Origin: Steroidobacteraceae bacterium | GTDB taxonomy: Bacteria > Pseudomonadota > Gammaproteobacteria > Steroidobacterales > Steroidobacteraceae | DNA: 64,000 nucleotides | Direction of reading: 5' to 3' | NCBI GenBank assembly: GCA_035531435.1 | Contig: DATKSW010000041.1 | Span: forward strand, 2,858-66,857 | The notes under the pieces: model-generated | Seen by the model: the letters and a program-made list of their open reading frames with translations, nothing else | The model's database searches: none | What the model was told of the DNA's origin: nothing | In this document: piece after piece, positions 30,260 to 39,595 of the stretch | Position numbering within the stretch: position 1 is the first letter of the stretch | How the letters are laid out: each line of letters starts with the position of its first letter | Program-made: the position numbers and the translations under genes

Positions 30260-33200
30260 TGCGCCGCGCGTGGAGAATTTCGGCGGCGGTTGCCGGCGCA
30301 TTGCTGCTTCTGGTCGTGCTGCTGATCGCCGCCGCGTTTCTCGCCGGCACCACGGCCGGCGGCCGGGCAGCGGTAGAACGCTTGACTTATACCTTGTCGG
30401 CCGGACGCGTGCAGCTCGCCGGCCTGGACGGATCCTCGCTGTCGCAGCTGACGCTTGCCGAACTCACGCTGCGCGATCGGCGCGGCGTATGGTTGACCGC
30501 GCAGCGCGTCTCCTTGCAATGGTCGCCGCTCGCTTTGCTGCGGCGCGAACTGAAAATCGAAGCAGTGCATGCGGCGCGCGTAAATCTCGAGCGGATTCCG
30601 GTCAGCGCACTGCGGCCGACGGGGTCGCGCGCCTCGATTCCTCATATCGACGTGGCGCAAGCGTCGATCGACCGGCTTAAGTTGGCGCCGCAGGTCGCCG
30701 GCAGATCGGCCACGCTCGCGGTCCGCGGCGGCGTGCATCTGCGCTCGCTCGACGATCTTGCCGCCAGGTTCGACGCTGCACGGATCGACGGCGACGGACG
30801 TTACGATTTGCGCCTGCGGTTCGACCGCAAGCGCTTGTCGGGGACACTCGCCGTGCATGAGCCGGCGGGCGGCCCGCTGGCAACCATATTGGGATTGCCG
30901 GGGCTCGGCGCCTTGTCGGCGACGATGACGCTCGACGGACTGCGCAGCGCCGAGCAGGTCGATGTACGCATCGAAGCCGGCGCTTTGCGCGCGCGCGCGC
31001 AAGGCCGCGTGGATTTGAGCGCGCGCACGGCGGATATCACCTACTTTCTCGGCGCGCCGGCCATGCGGCCGCGCCCCGACCTCGCTTGGCGGCGGCTCGC
31101 CTCCAGCGGGCAATGGCGGGGCGGCCTCGACGAGCCGTTGGTCGACGCGCATCTGGACGTCGAGGATTTGCGTCTCGGCGCGGCCACCTTGCTGGGCTCG
31201 GCGCATCTGCACTTGACCGGCGCCGCCGGCGCGCTGGCCGCGCACGGCAGCCTCAGCGCAGTGCGGATACCCGGACCCAACCCCGCGCTGCTTGCGGGTG
31301 GCCCCGTCGCTTTCGATGCCTCGATGCGCCTGCGGAGCGCCGCTCGGCCCATCGTGTTCAGCGCGACGCAGCATCTGTTCTCGCTACGCGGCCGCGCGCT
31401 CACCGCAGGCGCGCGAACCCTGTCCCTCGACGTGCGTCTGCCCGATCTCGAACCGATCGCGGCGCTCGCAAACCTCGGGCTGCGCGGCGAGGCGCGCGTC
31501 AAACTCGGCTTGAGTGACGAGCGTACGGGCACCAAGGTCGACATCGATGCCGAAGCTGCGAGGCTCGCCGGCACGGCAATCTGGGCCAAAGCCCTGGGAG
31601 ACCGCGCCTCGCTGCAGCTCGAAGGCCTGGTAGGCGACCGCGACATCCGCATCGCGCAGCTCAAAGCGGCCGGACGGGCGTGGTCCGCGTCGCTAAATGC
31701 CGATGTCGTACGGCGCGCAGCGAACGCGCCGCCGCCGAGTTCGGCCGCGGCGGGCGGCGGCGGTGCGTGGATGCAGTCGTTGCGCGCGCACTGGACCCTC
31801 AAATTCGATAATTTAAGCGCCTGGTCGTCGGCGCTCGCCGGCCAGCTCGCCGTGTCCGGCAAAATCCAAGGGTCGCCGAACGCGATGCTCACGGACATGC
31901 AGCTGACCTCGACGCTTGCGGTCGGCGGCGCGGCACGGATCGCGTGGAGCGGCGTGCTGCACGCCCGCGGCTCGCCGTCCGGTTCGTCCGGCAGCCTGCG
32001 CGTGGGCGGCGTGCTCGACGCGGCGCCGCTGCGCCTCATCGTCGGCTGGAGCCGCGACAGCCGCGGGCTGACCCGGGTCACGGTTCGTCAGGGGAACTGG
32101 AAGAGCGTGCGCGTCGGCGGCGAGCTATCCTCGGGCGCCGACTTTGCGAAACCTCGCGGCACCTTGCGGGTCACCGTCGGCGACCTCGCTGATTTCGACC
32201 GCTTGAGCGGGCTGCAACTGGCCGGCGGTTTAAGCGCCGGCGCGGTGTTCGCGCCGGGGGACGGTGGCACGCACGCAGAGTTGCGGTGTTCGCTGCCGAA
32301 TTTTCGGATCGACGATTTCGCGGTCAGCGCCGAATTGGCGGCCGCCGGACCCGTCGATGCGCTCGCGCTGCACCTTGTCGCAAAAATGCCGGATCTGCGC
32401 GGCGCCCCGGCAAGCGCCGTGTTGACGGGGCCGATGAATCTGTGGAAGCGCACGCTGCGCCTGCGCGCTGCGGCGTTCGAATACCGCGGCCAAACGGCTC
32501 GCTTGCTCACGCCGGCGAACCTGTCGTTCGCCGACGGGCTGTCGATCGACCATTTGCGGCTGGCTGTCGACGGCGGGGTGTTCGAGCTCGCCGGCCGCCT
32601 GGCGCCGACACTCGCTATGCACGCTGCACTGCACACCGCGACGCCCGCGCTCATCGACGCCTTCGCTCCAGGCCTGCTGAGCGGCGGTCGCATCGATGCA
32701 AGCGCCGAGCTACGCGGCCGGATTGCGGCGCCGGTCGGCGAAGCCCATTTGACCGCGGGCGGCTTGCGCGTCGGCGACCAGCAGGCGCTCGGCTTGCCGG
32801 CGGTGCAACTACGCGGCTCCGCACGCCTCGACGGGGTCTCGGCGCAGATCGATGCACGGCTGAACGCCGGCAAGAAATCGGCGTTGACGCTGAGCGGCGG
32901 TGTGCCGCTCGTATCCGGCGGCGCGCTAGCCCTGAAAATCGACGGCAAACTGGACGTTGCGCTCGCAAGCCCCATGCTCGAAGCGCGCGGCATGGCCGCC
33001 ACGGGCTCGCTGCGGGTCGCTGCGACGGTGAGCGGCGATCCGCAAGCGCCGCGGTTCGGCGGCACGATCAGCCTCGCCGGCGGGCATCTGCATGACTACG
33101 GGCACGGTGTCGATCTCGAGAATATCAGCGCGCAGCTGGTCGGTAACCAGGGCGATCTGCAAATCAAGAGTTTCACGGCGGCGGCATCGCCGGGAACGAT

Positions 33201-34254
33201 TTCAGTGACGGGCCGGCTCGGCTTGCTGCGGCCGAAGATTCCGCTGGATCTGGTCATCGTCGCGAAGAACGCGCGGCCGATCGCGAGCAATCTGCTGACC
33301 GCGATTCTCGACGCCAAATTGCGCGTCAGCGGTACGGCGCACGAGCGCATCGACGTCGCCGGTGTCGTGGATCTGCGGCGCACGGTCATCGGCATTCCCA
33401 ATGCGATGCCGCCCGACGTTGCGGTATTGGACGTGCGTCGGCGCGGACAGGCCCCCGCCGCAGTCGGCACGCCGCTCGTGATCGGCCTCGATGTGACCTT
33501 GCGGGCGCCGCGGCAACTGCTGGTGCAAGGTCGCGGTCTCGATGCCGAGCTCGGCGGCGAGCTGCATTTGGCGGGGACCACGGCTGTGCCCCTGGTCAGC
33601 GGCGGCTTCGAGCTGCAGCGCGGCAGCTTTACACTGGCCGGCAACAGGCTCTCCTTCAGCAGCGGCCGCGTCAGCTTCAACGGTGCGGGCCTGAAGCACA
33701 AGATCGATCCGATGCTCGATTTCACGGCGCAGACGACCACCGCGGACGTCACCGCCACATTGCGCATCACCGGGCTCGCGGATGCGCCGCAGTTCTCGTT
33801 CAGCAGCGTTCCACCGCTGCCGCCCGATGAAATCATGGCACGGCTGTTGTTCGGCGCGAACGCCCAGCAACTCTCGGCATTGCAAGCCGCGCAACTCGGT
33901 GCGGCGTTCGCGTCGCTCTCCGGCGTGGGCGGCAGCGCTTTGAATCCCTTGGCCAAGCTGCAGCGGGCCCTGGGCCTGGATCGGCTGACGGTCGGCAGCG
34001 CCGCGCGTTCGAATACGGCGAACGCGCCGAACACCGGCACCAGCATCGCCGCCGGGCGCTACCTCTCCAAGCGCGTCTATCTTGAGGCCAAGCAGAATAC
34101 GACCGGTTCGAGCCAGGTGCAGGTGAACGTCGATTTGAGCAAACACCTGAAGCTGCAGACGCGCTTGGGGAACGGCACGCCGATCCTGCAGGGGACCACG
34201 CCGCAGAACGATCCGGGCAGCAGCATCGGCTTGAAGTATCAATTCGAATATTGA
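30259..34254 (+). CDS. tamB: TamB (translocation and assembly module subunit, DUF490 C-terminus)
   Basis: 1331 aa, N-terminal TM anchor, long beta-rich repeat body, C-terminal ...LKYQFEY. Start overlaps the tamA stop (TGATG). Confidence 0.8.
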   Translation: MRRAWRISAAVAGALLLLVVLLIAAAFLAGTTAGGRAAVERLTYTLSAGRVQLAGLDGSSLSQLTLAELTLRDRRGVWLTAQRVSLQWSPLALLRRELKIEAVHAARVNLERIPVSALRPTGSRASIPHIDVAQASIDRLKLAPQVAGRSATLAVRGGVHLRSLDDLAARFDAARIDGDGRYDLRLRFDRKRLSGTLAVHEPAGGPLATILGLPGLGALSATMTLDGLRSAEQVDVRIEAGALRARAQGRVDLSARTADITYFLGAPAMRPRPDLAWRRLASSGQWRGGLDEPLVDAHLDVEDLRLGAATLLGSAHLHLTGAAGALAAHGSLSAVRIPGPNPALLAGGPVAFDASMRLRSAARPIVFSATQHLFSLRGRALTAGARTLSLDVRLPDLEPIAALANLGLRGEARVKLGLSDERTGTKVDIDAEAARLAGTAIWAKALGDRASLQLEGLVGDRDIRIAQLKAAGRAWSASLNADVVRRAANAPPPSSAAAGGGGAWMQSLRAHWTLKFDNLSAWSSALAGQLAVSGKIQGSPNAMLTDMQLTSTLAVGGAARIAWSGVLHARGSPSGSSGSLRVGGVLDAAPLRLIVGWSRDSRGLTRVTVRQGNWKSVRVGGELSSGADFAKPRGTLRVTVGDLADFDRLSGLQLAGGLSAGAVFAPGDGGTHAELRCSLPNFRIDDFAVSAELAAAGPVDALALHLVAKMPDLRGAPASAVLTGPMNLWKRTLRLRAAAFEYRGQTARLLTPANLSFADGLSIDHLRLAVDGGVFELAGRLAPTLAMHAALHTATPALIDAFAPGLLSGGRIDASAELRGRIAAPVGEAHLTAGGLRVGDQQALGLPAVQLRGSARLDGVSAQIDARLNAGKKSALTLSGGVPLVSGGALALKIDGKLDVALASPMLEARGMAATGSLRVAATVSGDPQAPRFGGTISLAGGHLHDYGHGVDLENISAQLVGNQGDLQIKSFTAAASPGTISVTGRLGLLRPKIPLDLVIVAKNARPIASNLLTAILDAKLRVSGTAHERIDVAGVVDLRRTVIGIPNAMPPDVAVLDVRRRGQAPAAVGTPLVIGLDVTLRAPRQLLVQGRGLDAELGGELHLAGTTAVPLVSGGFELQRGSFTLAGNRLSFSSGRVSFNGAGLKHKIDPMLDFTAQTTTADVTATLRITGLADAPQFSFSSVPPLPPDEIMARLLFGANAQQLSALQAAQLGAAFASLSGVGGSALNPLAKLQRALGLDRLTVGSAARSNTANAPNTGTSIAAGRYLSKRVYLEAKQNTTGSSQVQVNVDLSKHLKLQTRLGNGTPILQGTTPQNDPGSSIGLKYQFEY

Positions 34255-34331
34255 CGGCGTGGCCGCCGCGCGCCGCGCGGCGCTTCTGCGAGCCATCCGC
34301 CGACCGCGATCCTTCGGTTACACTGGCGCAC

Positions 34332-34796
34332 ATGCTGAACATGCGGATTCGTACGGTGGCGGTGCTGGTCGTGCTGGCGTTGATCGGCGCGTTCCTGGCG
34401 GTCAATTGGGCGGCAATCACGGCAACCGCGAAATTCAGGCTGCTGGTGACGACGATCGAGGCGCCGGTCGGCTTGGTGATGCTGGCGATCGTCGCGCTGA
34501 TCGTCGCGACGTTCATTGCCTACCTGGTCGTCTGGCAAGGCGCGGCATTGGCCGATGCACGCCGCCACGGCAAGGAATTGCAAGCGCAAAAAGCGCTCGC
34601 CGATCAGGCGGAAGCTTCGCGCTTCGTCGAATTGCGCGAGCTCGTGCGCGATGAGTTCAGGCGTCTCGACGAGCAGATCGCGCGCCAGGCAGAGGGATTG
34701 CGCGCGGAAATTCGCGACAACGCGAATTCGATCGCGGCGACCATCGGCGAACTCGACGATCGTATGCACAAGCCGCGTGGGGGTGACTCCTCTTGA
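34332..34796 (+). CDS. LapA-like (DUF1049-type) two-TM membrane protein with coiled-coil tail
   Basis: Two N-terminal TM helices followed by a charged helical region (KELQAQKALADQAEA...). Confidence 0.5.
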   Translation: MLNMRIRTVAVLVVLALIGAFLAVNWAAITATAKFRLLVTTIEAPVGLVMLAIVALIVATFIAYLVVWQGAALADARRHGKELQAQKALADQAEASRFVELRELVRDEFRRLDEQIARQAEGLRAEIRDNANSIAATIGELDDRMHKPRGGDSS

Positions 34797-34862
34797 GGAG
34801 TCGAGTATGCAGAGCGCGCTGCACGCGGCGACCGCTGCCGCATACCACGAAGCCCCGCAACG

Positions 34863-35573
34863 ATGGCCGGCCGCCAGTCGCCGCTAGCAAGCGCGGCGGC
34901 GGCCGAAGCGCCGCCGCCGATCGCCGGTGCCGGCAGCCGCAGCTACGCCTTCATCGTCGATTGGCATATTCGGCTGCTGATCGCGTCGGCATGGATATTG
35001 GCGGGCGCCTGGGCGCTGCATGGCGACCTCGGCCTGCGGTCACGAGCGGCGCTGTTCATCTGGATCCCGGCCGCGTCGATTTATTTTCTCTATCATCCGC
35101 TGATCGAACTCGTGCTGCGCGGACAATCCCCGGGAAAGCGCATTGCCGGCGTGCGCATCGTCGCGCGCGACGGCCGCATCCCGAGCCACGGTGCGATATT
35201 GATCCGCAATGTTTTTCGCCTGGTCGACAGTTTGCCGCTGTTTTACCTGGTCGGTCTCGCAAGCTGCATCGTCACGGAAAATCACCTGCGCATCGGCGAC
35301 ATCGCGGCCGGTACGCGGCTCGTACAAGCGCCTAGGGACGCGCCGCGGCGCCGCTTGGGCGGAGCGCGGCAAGAGGCGCTGGAATTGGCCGATCAGTTGT
35401 TGCGGCGGTGGCCTTCGCTCGAGCCCGAGCGGCGGGCCGACATCGCGCGCGCGCTGCTCGTACGCCTCGAGCCCGGCGTCGATCCGCGGCGATGGGCCGC
35501 GAGCGGCGAGCTGGAGCTGCACGGCCGGTTGCAGTCCGCGCGGGCGGCGCGCCACGGCGGCGGCGGCGACTGA
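34863..35573 (+). CDS. RDD-family membrane protein
   Basis: FIVDWHIRLL..., GQSPGKRIAGVRIV, LRIGDIAAGTRLV, the pattern typical of RDD domains. Confidence 0.7.
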   Translation: MAGRQSPLASAAAAEAPPPIAGAGSRSYAFIVDWHIRLLIASAWILAGAWALHGDLGLRSRAALFIWIPAASIYFLYHPLIELVLRGQSPGKRIAGVRIVARDGRIPSHGAILIRNVFRLVDSLPLFYLVGLASCIVTENHLRIGDIAAGTRLVQAPRDAPRRRLGGARQEALELADQLLRRWPSLEPERRADIARALLVRLEPGVDPRRWAASGELELHGRLQSARAARHGGGGD

Positions 35574-35590
35574 TGCGTGCGCCGCCGCCG

Positions 35591-36385
35591 TCAGCCGGCC
35601 GGCAACGCGTTGACGCGCTGCGCCAAGTCCGCGCCTTCGCGGCGCGATTTCAAGTCGTAGTAAATGGCCAGCAGCGCCGGCGGATACCACATCATCATCA
35701 ATGTGCTGACGATCAGCGCAATCAGCCGCTGCACGCCGACGGCCAGCGGATTGCCCAAGCCGAACAGTGACGCGCAAAGGCCGATGACCAAGCCCATGAA
35801 TAGATAGGCGACGGCGGCGATGACGATGACGACCGAGTAAATCGTCATCGTTCGCCACCAATCGCCCTTGATCAGCCGGCGGCTGATATTCATCGATTCG
35901 AACACGCCGGCGCGCTCGACGACCAACGCGGTGAACGTCAACATCAAGGTGCCCGCCCAATAGATCCCGGGCGCGACCAGCAGAACGCAGCCCAAGGCGA
36001 TGATCAGGGCGATCAATAGCGTTGCCGCGAGCGCGCGCGGCAGCAAGCGCAGGCCGACGACGCAGGAATCGCGCAGCGACGCCGGCCTGCCGGTCGCGAT
36101 GCCATTGATGTGCGCGATCAAGGCAAAGTTGAAAATCAGGAAGAGCAGCATGCCGGCGGCGGAGCTCAGCAAAAACGCCGGCGAGCGCAGAACGGCGAAC
36201 ACGGCCGGCAGTCCGGCCGCCGCCGCAGCGCGCATCCGCGATTCGCTTGCGGAGCCCAGCAGCGACAGCGCCAGTTCCGGCACGAACGCGAGCGGCCAGG
36301 AGCGCGGCAGACATTGCCGATAGAGGCCGATGGCCCCGTCCAGTACGCCGCCGATGCTTCGCGGCGCCGATTCTTGCGAGTACAT
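35591..36385 (-). CDS. Polytopic inner-membrane protein (YciC/DUF975-like)
   Basis: Six or more hydrophobic segments, C-terminal YYDLKSRREG. ATG 36385 preceded by GGAG. Confidence 0.5.
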   Translation of the reverse strand: MYSQESAPRSIGGVLDGAIGLYRQCLPRSWPLAFVPELALSLLGSASESRMRAAAAAGLPAVFAVLRSPAFLLSSAAGMLLFLIFNFALIAHINGIATGRPASLRDSCVVGLRLLPRALAATLLIALIIALGCVLLVAPGIYWAGTLMLTFTALVVERAGVFESMNISRRLIKGDWWRTMTIYSVVIVIAAVAYLFMGLVIGLCASLFGLGNPLAVGVQRLIALIVSTLMMMWYPPALLAIYYDLKSRREGADLAQRVNALPAG

Positions 36386-36562
36386 GGAACCGACTCCGCC
36401 GTGTGCCGTGAGGTCGCTCAACGCAGACTAGCATGGGCGGCAGTCGTCCCGGTAATCGCCAAAGTGCGCCGCGGACCGCGGACCTGCGCCAAATCGATAT
36501 AGTTCACGGCATGCCTTCGGATAGTGCGTTGCGATGCGCAACTTTTTTGCGACTGCAGTGTT

Positions 36563-37162
36563 ATGGGTTTAAACGAAAGCAATCCAGTGCGAACTCAAGC
36601 TACGGAACCGGCCGACTCGGAGGAATTTGCGGTGTTCATGCGCGCCTATCAGGACATGGTGTTTTCGACCGCGGCCCGCCTCGCCGGCAACGACGCGCAG
36701 GCCGAAGACATCGCGCAGGACGTCTTCCTCAAGGCGTACGAGCACTTCGACTCGTTGCGCGACAACCCGCGGGCTGGCGGTTGGCTGAAGACCGTTGCGA
36801 CCAATCTGACGCTGAATCATCTGCAGCGCTACCGCGGACGCTGGCGATTATTTACCGAGATGCATTCCGAGTCCGCGGACTGCGACTACGCGCCGCTGGA
36901 TCCGCCGTTGCCCGATACGCTGGCGGCGGACCTGGGGCAAGCGCGCCAGAGCGCGCTGATCGACGCGGCGGTGAGCCGCTTGCCGGAGCATCAGCGGCTC
37001 GCCCTGGCCCTCTATCACTTCGAGGACTTCTCGTACCAGGAGATCGGCGCGCGCTTGGGCGTCTCGCTCGCCAAGGTTAAGACCGACATACGGCGTGCAC
37101 GTGCCGCGCTTTTGCCGCTGCTGAAATCCTGCGGCGTCGTCGCCGCCGACTTGAAGGATTGA
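36563..37162 (+). CDS. ECF-type sigma-70 family RNA polymerase sigma factor
   Basis: Region 2 (AEDIAQDVFLKAY..., WLKTVATNLTLNHL) and region 4 (LALALYHFEDFSYQEIGARLGVSLAKVKTDIRRAR). Confidence 0.85.
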   Translation: MGLNESNPVRTQATEPADSEEFAVFMRAYQDMVFSTAARLAGNDAQAEDIAQDVFLKAYEHFDSLRDNPRAGGWLKTVATNLTLNHLQRYRGRWRLFTEMHSESADCDYAPLDPPLPDTLAADLGQARQSALIDAAVSRLPEHQRLALALYHFEDFSYQEIGARLGVSLAKVKTDIRRARAALLPLLKSCGVVAADLKD

Positions 37163-37169
37163 GGCCGCG

Positions 37170-37643
37170 ATGAACGAATCGCAGAAACCGCAGCGACCGC
37201 AGGACCTCCTCGAGCGGCAAGTCGACCGCGCGCTGCGCGGCCTGGCGCCGCGGCGTGCGCCGCGCTCGCTCGAAGTGCGCGTAATCGCCGAATTGGCGAG
37301 GCGGGCGGCCCTGCCGTGGTGGCGCCGGCGGATCCTGCAGTGGCCGCCGGCGGCGCGCGCCGCGTTCATCGTCGTCTGCGGCGGATTGATTCGGTTCGCG
37401 TGGCCCGCAACCGGCTGGGCGATCGCGGAATTCGGCGCACTGCGCCGCTCGGGTGCGCCGGCGCTCTCCTGGATTCACTACGGCGCGGCGGCGGTGAGCG
37501 GTGCCGCGCAATTGCTGAACGTGATCGCAGGCGCCTTGCCGATGTCTTGGATCGCGGCCGGCCTCGTGTTTGCCGCGATGCTCTACGCGGCCTTGTTCGG
37601 TCTCGGCGCGGTGGCGTACCGCACGCTCTATCTCAATCCTTGA
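37170..37643 (+). CDS. Membrane protein in the anti-sigma position (no zf-HC2 motif seen)
   Basis: 7 nt after the sigma gene. Charged N-terminus then three predicted TM segments. Function inferred from position only. Confidence 0.45.
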   Translation: MNESQKPQRPQDLLERQVDRALRGLAPRRAPRSLEVRVIAELARRAALPWWRRRILQWPPAARAAFIVVCGGLIRFAWPATGWAIAEFGALRRSGAPALSWIHYGAAAVSGAAQLLNVIAGALPMSWIAAGLVFAAMLYAALFGLGAVAYRTLYLNP

Positions 37644-37644
37644 A

Positions 37645-39318
37645 ATGGCGGTGAAATTCATCATGAACCCATCTATCCCGCGGTGTTTTGCGTCTCTGGC
37701 CCTGGTTGTCTGCTGCGTGATCGCCGCCGCGGCGCCGGCGCGCGCCGACACGCCGTCGCCGGCTGCATCGGTCACGCCGGTTGCCTCCGTCACAGGGGCT
37801 GCGCCCGCCACACCGGCGCCAGCTGCCGTCGTCGATTTGCACCCGCTCCGCGAGAATTCACTCGTCAGCATCGGCCACGATTCGACCTTGGCGAGCGGCC
37901 GGCGCGCCGAGTCGGTCGTCTCGATATTCGGCTCCTCGACGAGCGCCGGAGAGGCCGGCTCGGTGGTGTCGATCCTCGGCGACACTCGCGTCACCGGAAC
38001 GGCCGACGACGGGGTGGTTGCGGTACTCGGCAACACTTACGTCGACGGCAAGGTCGGCGGCGATGCGGTCGCGGTGCTCGGCAGCATGCAGCTCGGCCCG
38101 AACGCGGATGTCGGCGGCGACGTGGTCGTCGTCGGCGGACCCATCACGCGCGATCCGGCGGCAATCGTCCACGGCAGCGTGCGCAACGTACTCGTCGGCC
38201 CGCTGGGGGATTTCACCTGGCTGCATCCGTGGATCGAACATTGCCTGCTGTACGCGCGGCCCCTCGCGGTGGCTCCCGGACTCGCTTGGGCCTGGGGCGT
38301 GGCGCTGATCTTTTTGGCGCTGTACGTTTGCTTCGCGCTGTTGTTCCGCCCAGGGCTCATGCAATGCGTAGGCACGCTCGAGACGCAGCCCGGCCAGAGC
38401 GTGCTCGCGGCGCTGCTCGCGGTATTGCTGGCGCCCGTCTTGGTGGTCTTGCTGTGCGTCACGGTTATCGGCATTGCGGCGGTGCCGTTCGTCGTGCTCG
38501 GCCTGTTCTGTGCGGCACTGTTCGGCAAGGCCGTCGTGCTCGCGTGGCTCGGCCGGGCGTGTCTCGGCCGGCGCGACACGCCGCTGCTCGGTAATCCGGC
38601 GCTCGCCGTACTGGTCGGCGGCGCGATCGTGCTGGCGCTGTATCTCGTGCCGGTACTTGGATTCGTTGCCTACAAGGGTCTCGACCTGCTCGGGCTGGGC
38701 GTCGTGCTGTACACGCTGTTGCTGAAATTGCGGGCGCGTCATGCAGCGGTGAACGGCGGCGCCGTTGCCGCCGCGGGCGATGCCATTGCCGCCGCGGGCG
38801 GTGCCGAACCGGTTGCGGCGGGGGCGGCCGCGAACCCCGATATCGAGGAGTCCGCTGCGCACGCCGCCGCGTCCGCGGCCGCTGCCGGAGGCGCATCGGC
38901 CGCGCAGGCCGCGCAGGCCGCGCGGCCGGTCGTCGACGCGGCGCTGCCGCGCGCGGGCTTTTGGCTGCGGATGGCGGCGCTCTTGGTCGATGTGTTGCTG
39001 GTCGGCATCCTCACCGGCCTGCTCGCGCATTGGGGTCATGCGGAGCTCCTGATATTGGCAGCCTACGGCGCCGCGATGTGGAAGCTGCGTGGCTCGACGA
39101 TCGGCGGCATCGTTTTCCATCTGCGGGTCGTGCGTCTGGACGGACGCGAGATCGATTGGGCGACTGCGATCGCGCGCGCACTCGGCTGCTTTCTCTCCCT
39201 GGCGGTGGCGGGCCTCGGTTTCATCTGGATCGCCTTTGACGGCGACAAGCAGGCGTGGCACGACAAGATCGCCGGCACGGTGGTCGTGCGTTCGCCGGCG
39301 AGCCCATCGCTGGTTTGA
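37645..39318 (+). CDS. Fusion membrane protein: signal peptide, bactofilin-like beta-helix repeats, multi-TM core, Ala-rich linker, C-terminal RDD domain
   Basis: VVSIFG/VVSILG/VVAVLG/AVAVLG/VVVVGG repeats (about nt 37906-38199), hydrophobic core, RDD-like WLRMAALLVDV...GDKQAWHDKIAGTVVV (about nt 38950-39288). Start is 1 nt after the upstream stop. Confidence 0.6.
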   Translation: MAVKFIMNPSIPRCFASLALVVCCVIAAAAPARADTPSPAASVTPVASVTGAAPATPAPAAVVDLHPLRENSLVSIGHDSTLASGRRAESVVSIFGSSTSAGEAGSVVSILGDTRVTGTADDGVVAVLGNTYVDGKVGGDAVAVLGSMQLGPNADVGGDVVVVGGPITRDPAAIVHGSVRNVLVGPLGDFTWLHPWIEHCLLYARPLAVAPGLAWAWGVALIFLALYVCFALLFRPGLMQCVGTLETQPGQSVLAALLAVLLAPVLVVLLCVTVIGIAAVPFVVLGLFCAALFGKAVVLAWLGRACLGRRDTPLLGNPALAVLVGGAIVLALYLVPVLGFVAYKGLDLLGLGVVLYTLLLKLRARHAAVNGGAVAAAGDAIAAAGGAEPVAAGAAANPDIEESAAHAAASAAAAGGASAAQAAQAARPVVDAALPRAGFWLRMAALLVDVLLVGILTGLLAHWGHAELLILAAYGAAMWKLRGSTIGGIVFHLRVVRLDGREIDWATAIARALGCFLSLAVAGLGFIWIAFDGDKQAWHDKIAGTVVVRSPASPSLV

Positions 39319-39595
39319 CGTCGCGGGATTTTCGCGCGGCGGATCCGCCGCAAGCGGCTGCCGCGGCCGCGCGTCGCCGTGATAGAGTCTGCCGATAGTT
39401 GGAGAGGCCCATGAAGATTCGGATCCCTGCGGCGGCAGGCGTGCCCCGCGGGGTGCACCCGCCGGAACTCGTTTTGACGTTCGCTGTGCTCGCGCCGCCG
39501 GCTACGCCGCCAATCAACTCGAAAACCAAGGTCTCCTAGCGCTCCGGCGCCGCCGCGGGCGCGGCGCGCAAAGCGGGCCACTGGAACGGTGGGGC

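Noticed and set aside
36528-36548. Hairpin GTTGCG-atg-CGCAAC followed by TTTTTT, 15 nt before the ECF sigma start, considered as a leader attenuator or terminator.
   Set aside because: The stem is only 6 bp with a 3-nt loop. No upstream plus-strand gene needs termination there. The sequence may equally be part of the promoter (GCAACTT resembles an ECF -35). There is not enough evidence to call it.
39336-39351. Perfect 16-bp palindrome GCGGCGGATCCGCCGC after the fusion-protein gene. The CCGGCTCGGG/CCCGAGCCGG stem at 46345-46376 after xoxG is similar.
   Set aside because: These are GC-rich stems without U-tracts. They may be terminators or REP-like elements, but I saw no further copies in the window and cannot tell them from chance palindromes in GC-rich DNA.
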